This document shows positions 27,090 to 36,611 of a DNA stretch of 64,000 bases, one piece after another. Location: positions 4,608,001-4,672,000 of the forward strand of contig OZ244065.1 in assembly GCA_965215505.1 (NCBI GenBank). Reading direction: 5' to 3'. This DNA is from Capsulimonadaceae bacterium (lineage in GTDB: Bacteria > Armatimonadota > Armatimonadia > Armatimonadales > Capsulimonadaceae). Under the pieces are notes generated by a model that was not told the DNA's origin, searched no databases, and saw nothing but the letters and a program-made list of their open reading frames with translations. The position numbers and the translations under genes were made by a program. Every line of letters begins with the position of its first letter. Within the stretch, counting starts at the first letter, position 1.

Positions 27090-27229
27090 GTAGGGGCGAA
27101 CCTTGTGTTCGCCCTTCCTCTCTCGGTTCGCCCTTCCTCTCTCGGTTCGCCCTTCCTCTCTCGGTTCGCCCTTCCTCTCTCGGTTCGCCCTTCCTCTCTC
27201 GGTTCGCCCTTCCTCTCTCGGTTCGCCCT
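27090..27229 (+). repeat. REP followed by a 19-bp tandem repeat array
   Basis: REP at 27090-27114. GTTCGCCCTTCCTCTCTCG occurs 6 times from 27107, plus a partial seventh copy. Confidence 0.92.
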
Positions 27230-27238
27230 CTGTGAATC

Positions 27239-27272
27239 AAGAACCGCCCCGGCCACTGGCCGGGGCGGTCTT
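27239..27272 (-). terminator. Hairpin terminator, near-copy of the typA terminator
   Basis: ACCGCCCCGGCC-ACT-GGCCGGGGCGGT downstream of the lipoprotein gene. Confidence 0.7.
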
Positions 27273-27310
27273 CCTTTGTCCATCGCGTGTCTCTCACCCG
27301 AGGCTTTCGA

Positions 27311-28318
27311 CTAGCGATGCTTGACCATCGGATGGGGCTTGGAAACGCTGGCCGTCGTCGTCGCGGCAGGCGCAGGCACTGCATAGATGGTTGTGCCGGC
27401 GGCTGTGGTGGGGAGGGTGAACGTGGCCGTCTGAACGACCGTCGTGCCCTTCGTTTCAGTGACCGTGTGTGTGCCCGGCGTCGTGAATAAGACCACTGTG
27501 CCCTGCGCGTCCGCCGTAGTGGCGACATAGCCAGCAGGGTAGAAAGCGCCCGTCCCCGCTCCGCCGTCAACCGTCACCGTGTCACCCGGTGCGATCGCGT
27601 TGAAGATTTCTGCGGGGGGCGTTTTGGTGTTCTTAGTACCGGTGTCGAAGCTCTGGAGGAACAGTGTTACATCGGTCGGCTGGGCCACGACTACGCCTAG
27701 GGTTGTCGTCGTACTCTGCCCGCTGGCGTCGGAGACGGCGGCGGTGAACTGGTGGATGCCCGACGTAGTGAACGGCAGCGTGAATGCGGCCGAGGCATAC
27801 TGACCGTCATTTGGGACGTTCGCGACGCCCGAGCTGTCGAATGTCAACGCCTGAGAAAACCCCGTCACCTCCGGTGAGGTTAAGACGACGCTGGAAGGGA
27901 CGATGGCGCTGATGCCGTTGCCCGCGTTGCCGTTGGCGACGAGGGCGCGGAAGGTGACGTTCGCCTGACCCACGGGAACGGCCACTGACGCCGTCGCGCC
28001 GTCCGCCTCAAATCCACCGGCGGGAAAGCCAAGCGGAATAGCCCCTTCCAGCGGCTTGGCCGTGCTGGAAAGGGCACCCGTGAGTGCGCCCGTGTTAGTG
28101 GTGGTAGTCTTACCTGTCGCATCGGTAGTGGTCGCTGGGAACTGTAGGCCACTGCCGGTCGCCCCTGTGGTGGGATTGACGCCGTAGATGGTCGGGGTAG
28201 CGGCGGGCGCGGGGCCTTGGTTGTTGGTCGCCCCGCCACAGCCGCTCAGGAGGATGGCGGCGGAAGCGCCGAGGGCCGCTAGAAGGCCGACGCGGCCTTG
28301 GTTTTTATTCTGAAACAT
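27311..28318 (-). CDS. Thr-rich lipoprotein with Ig-like beta domains, TBDR-associated
   Basis: Lipobox AILLSG-C; follows the TonB-dependent receptor gene. Confidence 0.75.
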   Translation of the reverse strand: MFQNKNQGRVGLLAALGASAAILLSGCGGATNNQGPAPAATPTIYGVNPTTGATGSGLQFPATTTDATGKTTTTNTGALTGALSSTAKPLEGAIPLGFPAGGFEADGATASVAVPVGQANVTFRALVANGNAGNGISAIVPSSVVLTSPEVTGFSQALTFDSSGVANVPNDGQYASAAFTLPFTTSGIHQFTAAVSDASGQSTTTTLGVVVAQPTDVTLFLQSFDTGTKNTKTPPAEIFNAIAPGDTVTVDGGAGTGAFYPAGYVATTADAQGTVVLFTTPGTHTVTETKGTTVVQTATFTLPTTAAGTTIYAVPAPAATTTASVSKPHPMVKHR

Positions 28319-28394
28319 CAAGAAGAAAAAATCCTTTCGTGAGCGTGCAGCGGCAGGGAGCGCTTCGTCAGCGCCCCTGCCGCCTGCGTGCCGC

Positions 28395-31085
28395 TCAGAA
28401 CTTCGTGCGGAAGCCGAACGTGGCGAAGATCGGCGTGATGATGGTGGACGCGCCGTAGTAGATGCGCCCCTGCGGGAACGCCGCCGACGGGCCTTCATAG
28501 TACGGGGTCCCCGACTGCGTGGTGGTCGCGTAGTTCAGCACCGTCTGCTTGTCGAACACGTTGTCCACGTCGAAGAACAGCGACGTGGTCGGCGTCAGGT
28601 AGAAGTTGCTGTTGAGGCTGATCTTGTAGTGCCAGCCGGACCGGCCCGCCGTCGGGTTGAGCGGCTGGAGGGCCGTCCTGTCGAACAGCGTCACCGGCAC
28701 CTCCGAGAAGTTGCCCACGACCGTGTGCTGCGAGTCCGCGCCCTGCCCGCCGACAAGCCCTCCGGCACCGCCCGAGAAGGGGAATCCGCTGCCGGCGTCC
28801 AGAATGACCGACGTCTCGAACAGTTTGTTGAACCGCTTGGTCAGGTCCGCGCCGATGGTATGCCGCTGGTCGTAGGAGGTCGCGAACTCTTGATTGTCGC
28901 CGAAGCGGATGGCGGCGTCACTGATGCCCGAGCCGGCGAAGGCATTGTAGAAGTACGGGTTGTAGCCGGTGTCAAAGTCGCTGCTGGTGGCCCGCACGAC
29001 CTGGTTCGTGTAAGACACGAAGCCGTTGATCGCATAGGGGTCGCGCGCGCTCGGGGTTTTTGCCAGCTTGAACTCCAGGCCGCTGGCGTGTCCGTGGCCG
29101 CTGTTGTCATAACCGCGGACGCCCGCAAGGGGCGCGTAGCTGACGCGGGTGAGCTGGATCAGGTCGAACTGGTTGCGCTTGTAGCCGGTCAGCGAGGCGG
29201 AGTAGGTGCCGTTCAGGAAGCCCAGTCCGCTTGCGGTCAGCCCCTTCTCGACGCCCAGGTCGAAGTTGTTCGCGTGGGAGGCGCCCAGGTGATTGTACTG
29301 GGCGTAGCGGCCCTGCAAACCGGCGAGCTGCGTTGCGGAGTTGGTCGCGGTCGCGGCAGTGCCGGTGTTCTGCGGGAAGAGGATTTCCGGCAGGCGCGAA
29401 TCCGGGAATTGCGACTCGACCGCATAGGACGAGCGGATGGCGAGGTCCCGGACGGGCGAGTAGGTGATGCCAAGGCGCGGGTCCAGATAGTGGTCGTTGT
29501 AGGAATTGATGTCGGTGAGGCCGCCGCTGCCGTCGCCGTTCGCCACTTGCGAGAGGGACTGCAAGCCGTAGTGCATGTTGGCGTAGCGCAGGCCCGCCGT
29601 GATCGTCACCAGGTCGTTCAGTGTCTTGAGCTGATTGGACAGGTAAAGAACGGTCTGGTCCGGCTTCGCGGTACTGATGCGGTCCCCGATGTAGCCGCGC
29701 GCGGTCGTGTAAGGCGCCAGGGTCGCCGCCCCACTCTGGATCAGGTGGTAGAAGGTGTTGCTCGGCAGGTAAGCGACGCCGGCCTTGAGCTGGTAGGCGT
29801 CTGTGAGCTGGTTCGTGTAGTCCACCTGGTTGCCGAACGTGGTGGAATGCCGACTCTCAAAGAGGCCCGCCGTGTTCTCATTGTGGAAGGTCACGTCGTT
29901 CTTCAACTGGTAGGACCGGAAGTTCAGGAACGACTTCGCGCTGAAGTTGTGCTTGTAGCCGAGGTAGTTGAAGTCGTACTGCTGGTCGCTGTGGTCCTGC
30001 TGGTAGGAGCCGGTGTTGACCGAATTTGCGATGCTTGGGTCGAACTTCAATGTCTGCCCGGCAGCGAACTGCTGGTAGTTGTCGTACTGTTCGAAGCCGT
30101 GGCTGACGAAGGCGGTCACCTGGTTGTTCGGGTCGGCGTAGTAGTTGACCTTGGCGACGCCGTCGAAGGAGGCGCCCAGCCGCTGAATCTGGGTGTTCTG
30201 AGGGAAATTATTGGCGAACTGGATCGTCGAGACGTAGTAGTCCAGCTTGGGGCCGATGACGTTGCCGTACTGGCTGTTCGTACCGCGGTAGTTCCAGCCG
30301 TGATCCGGGCCGAACGTCCCCTCGATGATGCCGCCCTTCAGGTCGCGCCCGTTGTTGGTGACTTCGTTGATGAAGCCGCCCGTCGCGTTGCCGTAGGAGG
30401 CGTCCGCGCCGCCGGTATAGAGGTTCGCGCTCTTCAGGCCGACCGTGACGAGGTTGGTGGCGAAGGAGTTCGTCATCGGCTCGGTGATCTGGATGCCGTC
30501 CACGTCGAAGCCGACCTGGTTGAAGTCCGAGCCGCGGATGTGGACGTAGCCGGACGGGTCTGGCGTGATGCCGGGCTGGCCGAAGACGAGGCCGGGGAAC
30601 TGGTACAGGTTGTTCGGCTGGGACTTGGTCTGCTGCTCGACGGCGGCGCTGATGCCGTAGACGGTGTCCGTACCGCTGCGACGGACGACTTGACCGCGGA
30701 TGACCGAAGTGCCCGTGTTGATGGTGTTGAGCTGGAGGGTGACGTCAGCCCGGCTGGTGACATCCTGGGAAACATTGACCGTGGTCTCGGTAGACTTATA
30801 AGTCGGGCCGGAGATCCGGATTGCCTGGGCGGCGGGATCAACGCCGGTGAAAGTATAATTACCGCTGCTGTCGGTCTTGACGCTGGCCCCGGTGCTTTCC
30901 AGGGTGACGGTCGCCCCGACGACCGGCTGGCCGGCGGCGTTGGTGACGGTCCCCTGGATGGTGCCCGTGGTGGCCGCGCCGAAAGCCATCGGCGCGAGCA
31001 TCAGGGCGACGAGGGCGGACAGCGCCGTGGAGGAAACCGTCCGGGAACGGGCGGACCGAGGTCGGCGTGAGTGGTGTGTGTACAT
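28395..31085 (-). CDS. TonB-dependent receptor with N-terminal carboxypeptidase-regulatory-like domain
   Basis: Signal peptide, GTIQGTVT..G.PV.GATV, plug HIRGS..VDGI, YGNATGGFIN, NVFDK, terminal Phe. Confidence 0.9.
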   Translation of the reverse strand: MYTHHSRRPRSARSRTVSSTALSALVALMLAPMAFGAATTGTIQGTVTNAAGQPVVGATVTLESTGASVKTDSSGNYTFTGVDPAAQAIRISGPTYKSTETTVNVSQDVTSRADVTLQLNTINTGTSVIRGQVVRRSGTDTVYGISAAVEQQTKSQPNNLYQFPGLVFGQPGITPDPSGYVHIRGSDFNQVGFDVDGIQITEPMTNSFATNLVTVGLKSANLYTGGADASYGNATGGFINEVTNNGRDLKGGIIEGTFGPDHGWNYRGTNSQYGNVIGPKLDYYVSTIQFANNFPQNTQIQRLGASFDGVAKVNYYADPNNQVTAFVSHGFEQYDNYQQFAAGQTLKFDPSIANSVNTGSYQQDHSDQQYDFNYLGYKHNFSAKSFLNFRSYQLKNDVTFHNENTAGLFESRHSTTFGNQVDYTNQLTDAYQLKAGVAYLPSNTFYHLIQSGAATLAPYTTARGYIGDRISTAKPDQTVLYLSNQLKTLNDLVTITAGLRYANMHYGLQSLSQVANGDGSGGLTDINSYNDHYLDPRLGITYSPVRDLAIRSSYAVESQFPDSRLPEILFPQNTGTAATATNSATQLAGLQGRYAQYNHLGASHANNFDLGVEKGLTASGLGFLNGTYSASLTGYKRNQFDLIQLTRVSYAPLAGVRGYDNSGHGHASGLEFKLAKTPSARDPYAINGFVSYTNQVVRATSSDFDTGYNPYFYNAFAGSGISDAAIRFGDNQEFATSYDQRHTIGADLTKRFNKLFETSVILDAGSGFPFSGGAGGLVGGQGADSQHTVVGNFSEVPVTLFDRTALQPLNPTAGRSGWHYKISLNSNFYLTPTTSLFFDVDNVFDKQTVLNYATTTQSGTPYYEGPSAAFPQGRIYYGASTIITPIFATFGFRTKF

Positions 31086-31407
31086 GCTCTCCCTTTCTGA
31101 GCGTAAAGCGGTGCCGTGAATGTCTTGGGACAGCAGGAAACGGGTGGCGCGGAGGTGCAGGCGCGTCTAACCCAGGCTGTTGAGACTTTTTTGGATGATT
31201 ACCGGTGGCAGCATCGCCAGGGCTGGCTGCCGGGCGGTTGGAGGAATGCCCGGCAAGGAACGTGGGTTCATGGCATTATACAACAGGTTTTGAAAAAAAA
31301 CCAGGGGGTATGAAAATTAGGTGAAAAATGTATGCAAAGGGCGATGGGCGAAAAAAGAACCAGCCCCCCGGTATCGGGAGGCTGGGGCGGTGCTGGGTAG
31401 AGGCAGA

Positions 31408-32334
31408 TCAACTGCCGAGGGCGAACGTGTGTGACATCTGCGCCGTCTCCGCCACGCCGTTATGAACGGCCGGTTTGAAGCGGAAACCCTGGACGGCATT
31501 GCGGATCGCGCTGTCTACGTCCGAGTTGCCGGTCGGACGGAACTTGATGTTGCTCGGATGCCCGCGCTCGTCTACCTCCCACGTCACGGTCACGCTGGTC
31601 GTGTTCAGCGTGCTGGGATCGAACTCCGGCAGCGAGATGTCGCTGAAACTGCCCCTGATCTCCGGTTCGTCCCGATCCGGTATCTTCGGCTTTGGCGGCG
31701 GCGGTGGGGGCGGCGGCGGAGGCGGCGCGACATGGACCACCGGCGCGGGCGGCGGCGGGGCCGGCGGCTCGGGCTTGGGCGGCGGCGGCGCGGGTGGCTC
31801 CGGCGTTGGCGCGGGCGGCGTCGGCAGCGCGCTCTCACCGGACGCAGTCGGCTTCTGGTCCGTGTTGGGAGCCGTGTCCGGGACCGCGATCGGGCTTACC
31901 GCGTTCGTGTTGTGCGTCGTCGCCACGGCCACCCGGTGGACCGGCGTGGGCGTCCGCTGCGGCCGGGGCGGCGTCGGATGGGGGCGCGGGGGCGGCGGCT
32001 TGAGCGGCCTCTGCTTGGGGGGCGGCGGCTGGTGCTTGGGCGGCGGGGGCGGCGGCTCCTTCTTCTTGGGCTTGGGCTTCTGCGGGATCGGCGGCTTGAC
32101 GATCTTGATGAGCTGTGGCTTCAGGTCCGAAAGTGAGGCCGCGCCGCCGAACAGGTCGCTGTTGCCGACCCAGAGCAGCCAGCCGATGTTGATGAAGACG
32201 GAGCCAACGACGGAGTACGCGAGGATGCGGTCCGCCAGCGACCTCTGCTTGGCGAGGGACCGGGTTTCGGGCGATTGTATATCGGACGCCTGAGTCTCAG
32301 GCGTCCGGGGTGTGGGCGTTTGAGTTTCGTTCAT
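31408..32334 (-). CDS. tonB: Energy transducer TonB
   Basis: N-terminal TM, long Pro/Lys linker, C-terminal VDERG..D.AI.NAV..FRFKPA.HNG. Confidence 0.88.
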   Translation of the reverse strand: MNETQTPTPRTPETQASDIQSPETRSLAKQRSLADRILAYSVVGSVFINIGWLLWVGNSDLFGGAASLSDLKPQLIKIVKPPIPQKPKPKKKEPPPPPPKHQPPPPKQRPLKPPPPRPHPTPPRPQRTPTPVHRVAVATTHNTNAVSPIAVPDTAPNTDQKPTASGESALPTPPAPTPEPPAPPPPKPEPPAPPPPAPVVHVAPPPPPPPPPPPKPKIPDRDEPEIRGSFSDISLPEFDPSTLNTTSVTVTWEVDERGHPSNIKFRPTGNSDVDSAIRNAVQGFRFKPAVHNGVAETAQMSHTFALGS

Positions 32335-32357
32335 AGAAGGGCCTACCGACGAAAAAA

Positions 32358-32831
32358 CTAGGGTGCCGGAGTGGCGGCGGGCGGGCCATCCTGGCTGACC
32401 GCTTCGGTCGCGATCATGACGCCCACGGGGTCGTCGGGGTGGCCCGGTATCTTGACCGTGTTGACGGCGTCCATGACTGTGATGATGTCCTGGGTCGGGC
32501 GCTGCTTGTCCACGTTGACGATGAAGACCGTGTCGGGCTTTGCGTCCAGCCGGGTCTGCATCTGCGGCGCGAGGTCGGCCGCCGTGACCTGCGTTCGGTC
32601 CAGGAAGTAGGCACCAGCGTTGTCCACGGTGATGACCACCTGGGGCGGCGGCTTCTGGTCCGGGTTGTTGCTGTCTTTGGGCAGGCTGACGTCCAGGCCA
32701 TGCATCTTGACCATTGAGAGGCTTGTGAACATGAAGAAGACCAGCAGGAAGAAGATCGTGTCGATCATCGGGATGATCTCGATCCGCGCCTTCTTGAGCT
32801 GTGGCTTTTGGATATTGACCCGGTTTCTCAT
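32358..32831 (-). CDS. exbD: Biopolymer transporter ExbD
   Basis: IEIIPMIDTIFFLLVFFM. Confidence 0.92.
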   Translation of the reverse strand: MRNRVNIQKPQLKKARIEIIPMIDTIFFLLVFFMFTSLSMVKMHGLDVSLPKDSNNPDQKPPPQVVITVDNAGAYFLDRTQVTAADLAPQMQTRLDAKPDTVFIVNVDKQRPTQDIITVMDAVNTVKIPGHPDDPVGVMIATEAVSQDGPPAATPAP

Positions 32832-32865
32832 GGGTTACTTCAATTTACTTTCGGTCTTCTTCGGG

Positions 32866-33285
32866 CTAGAGGTCCGAAGCGGACTTGGGCGTCGTCGCGA
32901 TCATCAGGGCGGCGGGGTTCGCGCGCTTGGCGATGTCGAGCGCGTACTGGAACTGCTCCACGCGTTCGGTCTTATCGCAGTTGATGACGATCACCACGCT
33001 CGGGTCCCGCGTCACACGGTCCTGGAGGGCGGGCAGAACGTCCTTGTAGCTGTCGATGTGGCCCCGGTCTATATAGAACTCACCTTTGTCGTCCACGGTC
33101 AGCACGACCTTGTTCAGAGGTTTGCTCTGGGCGGTCGTGCTGGTGGGCAGCGCGACCTTCTTGGCAGACATCTGGACCATGGAGAGGCTGGTGATCATGA
33201 AATAGACCAGCAGGAAGAAGATCGTGTCGATCATCGGGATGATCTCGATCCGCGCCTTCTTAAGCTCGGCTCGCTGCAACTTCAC
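32866..33285 (-). CDS. exbD: Biopolymer transporter ExbD
   Basis: IEIIPMIDTIFFLLVYFM; GTG start. Confidence 0.92.
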   Translation of the reverse strand: MKLQRAELKKARIEIIPMIDTIFFLLVYFMITSLSMVQMSAKKVALPTSTTAQSKPLNKVVLTVDDKGEFYIDRGHIDSYKDVLPALQDRVTRDPSVVIVINCDKTERVEQFQYALDIAKRANPAALMIATTPKSASDL

Positions 33286-33919
33286 CGCGCAGTCCCTCCT
33301 TGCCGCGCAGCCCGGCCAGGATGTTCATGAGCTGGGTGGCGCGGATCTCCATGTCGGCGATGATCTCCTTGACCTTCTCGGTCAGAAAGTTGTAGCCGAC
33401 CAGGGTGACGATGGCGATGGCAAGCCCGGTCGCGGTCGCGAGCAAAGCCTCGGCGACGCCGCCGGTGATGGCGTTCGGGTTGTTCAGGCCCGTCGAGGAG
33501 CCGACGACGTGGAACGACTTGATCATGCCCGTGACCGTGCCGAGCAGGCCGAGCAGCGGGGCGATGGTGATAATAGTGTCCAGGACACCCAGGCGGCGGT
33601 AGAGCAGCGGGGTCTCACGGAGGGCCAACTCTTCCATCGCCCGCTCAATCGAGTCCGAGTCGAGGTTGCGGTTGCGGATGCCGTTGGCGAGCAGGCCCGA
33701 GACGGGGCCGGGGTGTTCGTCGCAGACGGTCAGGGCCTCGTTCACGCGGCCCGCGACCAGGTGTTCCCGCACCTGCTCGGAAAGCACCTCGTTGTCGGCG
33801 GACGCCTTGTAGATGGCGATGAACCGCTCGATCATGACGGCGACGGAAAAGATCGCGCAGAACAACAGCGGCCACATGACGGGGCCACCGTCATGGATGA
33901 ATTTCAACGGGCTGAACAT
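33260..33919 (-). CDS. exbB: MotA/TolQ/ExbB proton channel
   Basis: GGPVMWPL, APLLGLLGTVTGMI, GVAEALLATATGL; AAGGAG RBS. Confidence 0.93.
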   Translation of the reverse strand: MFSPLKFIHDGGPVMWPLLFCAIFSVAVMIERFIAIYKASADNEVLSEQVREHLVAGRVNEALTVCDEHPGPVSGLLANGIRNRNLDSDSIERAMEELALRETPLLYRRLGVLDTIITIAPLLGLLGTVTGMIKSFHVVGSSTGLNNPNAITGGVAEALLATATGLAIAIVTLVGYNFLTEKVKEIIADMEIRATQLMNILAGLRGKEGLRGEVAASRA

Positions 33920-34143
33920 GGTCTTATCTTTCGCTCCTTTACAGCTGAGAAAACGGAATGCGAAAAGACTCCCGCGCCGTGACCGGCACAACTTCGTGCG
34001 GTCCGCTGGGAGCCTTTAAATGAGAACAACGGCGTTCCTGATAACAACTGAACAATGACCGCCGAGAATCGGATTTTACGGGAGGCGGACGCCGGACGAC
34101 ACTGACGCGGCGATGCCACCTGGGAAGGCAGGCGGCAAGTCGT

Positions 34144-34173
34144 ATTATAGACCAAGCATTCCCGATTTGTCAA
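34144..34173 (-). promoter_or_regulatory. Consensus sigma70 promoter of the exbB operon
   Basis: Minus strand TTGACA-18 bp-TATAAT. Confidence 0.8.
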
Positions 34174-34274
34174 CGGAACGAAACCCAGGGCCGGAAACAA
34201 TCACGAAACATGGACGCGAAATATGGCTGCGGCATCCGGCGCAGGGGCGGAACACGGCTTCGCTTCGATTCGCG

Positions 34275-36467
34275 TCAAAAGGCAGCCTGGAGGGGAGAGT
34301 TCGGGGCGGCGACCAGCGAGGCGGCGTGGGTGACGCGGTCGCGGCCCGCCGTTTTGGCCGCGTAGAGGGCGCGGTCGGCGGCCGAGACCAGGGCGTCCTC
34401 GGTGGACATGCCGGGCAGGAGCGTGGCCGCGCCGATGCTTGCCGTGACGGCGCGGGCCGGCCAGGGGGCGGCCGAGATCGTCGCCCGCAGGCGTTCGGCG
34501 AGCGTGCGCGCGCCCTCGGCGTCGGTGTGCGGCAGGATTGCGACGAACTCCTCGCCGCCGTAGCGGGCGAAGAAGTCGGTCTCGCGGCCCTTGCCGGTCA
34601 GGAGCCGCGCGAGGGTGCGGAGGACCTCGTCGCCGGCGACGTGCCCGAAGGTGTCGTTGTACTCTTTGAAGTGGTCCACGTCCAGCAGCAGCAGCGACAG
34701 GGGCGTGCCGTAGCGAACGGCCCGGTTCATCTCCAGGGCGAGGCGCTGCCCGAAGGCGCGGCGGTTGCTCAGGCCGGTCAGCCCGTCGCGCAGGGCCAGC
34801 GTCTCCAACTCGGCATTGACGGCCACCAGCTCGCGCTTCTGGGCCTCCAGGACGGCGGCGTGTTCGCGGATCTGGATCATCTGCTCGGCGATCAGGTCCT
34901 CCTGACGCCGCCGTCCGCTGATGTCCGCGAAGGTCGCCACCGCCCCGTGGGGCGTGTCCTCGCCGGGCCGGAAGAGGGGCGTGGAGTTGATGGAGACCCA
35001 CAGCAGGCCGCCGCCCACGCGCGGCAGGCCCGCGACGATGTCGCGCTGCGGCCGGCCCTGGCGCAGCGAAACGACGAGCGGGTAGCTGCCCTGCGGGAAC
35101 GGCGTCCCGTCCTCGCGGTGCGCGACGTATTCCGGGTTGAGCGGGCGCCACGCCTCGATCTGGCTCTGCGTCACGCCCAGGATGCGCTCGGCACTCCCGT
35201 TGCAGACGCGGACCACGCCGTCCGCGTCCATCAGCAGCAGGCCCTCGGACATGGACTCGATGGCGGTGCGGAACCGGGCCTCGCTGGCCTGCACCGCCTC
35301 CTCGGCCTGCGTGCGGGCGATCTCTCCGCCGATCCACTGCGCCATCAGCCGGACCAGCTCGCGGTCACCACTGGTGAACATCCCCGACCGGGGCCGCCCG
35401 CACGCGAAGCAGAGAGTCCCCCAGACCGCGCCGTCCACGCGGATCGGGGTGCCGAGGTAGCCCCCCGTGTGGGGGCCGCCGGCCCGCTCCACCGCCTGGG
35501 CGCAGTAAGCCTCACAGGCCTCGAACGTCACGCCGCACGGGACGATGTCCTCTGGGGACCGCGCCTGCACTACCCGGCAGCGGTCCGTCTCGGCGCGCGC
35601 CAGGATGCCGATCTCCAGGCCGAACTGCGCGCACCCCATCTCCAGCAGAGCCGCCGTCTTTTCCTCGAACGACAGGTCCTGCTGCGAAGTCGTGTTATAA
35701 AGCGCGTGCAGACGCTCCTCGCTCTCGCGCCGGGCGTCCTCCGCTTCCCGCTGCGCGCTGACGTCCACGTCCGCCTCCAGCACCCCGGAGACCGCGCCGT
35801 CCGGCCCTCGCAGCGGGAAAAGGCTGGAGTGGACATGCACCGGCGCCCCGCCCGCGCGGTGGTGAGTCCATTCCACCCCCGCGCGCGCCTCGCCGCCCCG
35901 CGCGGCCTCCATCGCCTCGGCCAATTCGGGCACCCCTTCCGGGCCGCCCAGTGCTTGCACGACTCTTTCCCCCAGCGGGTTTTCCAGCCCGTGCAGCCGC
36001 GCCCAGGCGCGGTTCCACTCCATGACGCGGCCCTCGCGGTCGCAGGAGACGCAGGCCACGGGCAGGCCCTGGAAAAGCTCCTGGAAGCGGCCTGAAGCCT
36101 CGGCCAGCAGGGCGTTCATCTGGGAAAGGCTCCGCGCCCCCTCCTCCACCTCCTGCTGCTGTGCCGCCCGCTCGCCGTCCGCCCGCGCGCGCCGCGCGGC
36201 CTCCTCCCGCAGCGCCCGGTTGGTGGCCTCGGCCCGGCGCGAAGCCCAGGCCATGCGGGCGGCCCAAGCCAGGGCCAGCGCGAGCAGGACGCCCAGACCG
36301 AGCGCGACGGCCCACGACGCGCCGCGCCCGGCCGGTGCGGCCCCCGGTGCGGCCAGCGCGGGGCCGGCCTGTGTCAGTAGGGCACCCGCCGACAGGGGCA
36401 GCATGCGGCGCCAGGAGAGCCGCCCAGGACGGAGTGGGGCATGATAGGGGAAAGGTCGTGGCATCAT
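34275..36467 (-). CDS. Membrane-anchored PAS-GAF-PAS diguanylate cyclase
   Basis: DGLTGLSNRR, DVDHFKEYND.FGH.AGD, RETD I-site, RYGGEEF. Exact start uncertain. Confidence 0.92.
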   Translation of the reverse strand: MMPRPFPYHAPLRPGRLSWRRMLPLSAGALLTQAGPALAAPGAAPAGRGASWAVALGLGVLLALALAWAARMAWASRRAEATNRALREEAARRARADGERAAQQQEVEEGARSLSQMNALLAEASGRFQELFQGLPVACVSCDREGRVMEWNRAWARLHGLENPLGERVVQALGGPEGVPELAEAMEAARGGEARAGVEWTHHRAGGAPVHVHSSLFPLRGPDGAVSGVLEADVDVSAQREAEDARRESEERLHALYNTTSQQDLSFEEKTAALLEMGCAQFGLEIGILARAETDRCRVVQARSPEDIVPCGVTFEACEAYCAQAVERAGGPHTGGYLGTPIRVDGAVWGTLCFACGRPRSGMFTSGDRELVRLMAQWIGGEIARTQAEEAVQASEARFRTAIESMSEGLLLMDADGVVRVCNGSAERILGVTQSQIEAWRPLNPEYVAHREDGTPFPQGSYPLVVSLRQGRPQRDIVAGLPRVGGGLLWVSINSTPLFRPGEDTPHGAVATFADISGRRRQEDLIAEQMIQIREHAAVLEAQKRELVAVNAELETLALRDGLTGLSNRRAFGQRLALEMNRAVRYGTPLSLLLLDVDHFKEYNDTFGHVAGDEVLRTLARLLTGKGRETDFFARYGGEEFVAILPHTDAEGARTLAERLRATISAAPWPARAVTASIGAATLLPGMSTEDALVSAADRALYAAKTAGRDRVTHAASLVAAPNSPLQAAF

Positions 36468-36547
36468 TTGGGCTACAGTCTGCTCTCAATATCGGGCACG
36501 CCCCGGCAAATCTCTAGGGCCGCGAATCCTAGGCCGCCGCCCGCCCG

Positions 36548-36573
36548 GTTTAGCTTCGCGTGCCCGGCGGTAA
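36548..36573 (+). promoter_or_regulatory. SigB/SigF-like stress promoter
   Basis: GTTTAG-N14-CGGTAA; matches two further copies at 42.6-42.7 kb. Confidence 0.55.
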
Positions 36574-36611
36574 AGGACCACCACGCAATGGACACCGTGA
36601 AGGACACAATA

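Noticed and set aside
27107-27229. Possible CRISPR array
   Set aside because: Head-to-tail identical 19-bp units with no spacers, and no cas genes in the window.
28629-31070. 813-aa plus-strand ORF, and similar long antisense ORFs (e.g. 34113-36095, 53423-55030, 42746-44212)
   Set aside because: Stop-poor shadows of well-supported opposite-strand genes in high-GC DNA.
31475-32293. Gly-rich plus-strand ORF
   Set aside because: Reverse complement of the Pro-rich TonB linker.
34110-34132. GCCACCTGGGAAGGC resembling a cobalamin-riboswitch B12 box near a TonB operon
   Set aside because: It lies on the strand opposite to the exbB transcript, and I could not find the other conserved riboswitch elements.
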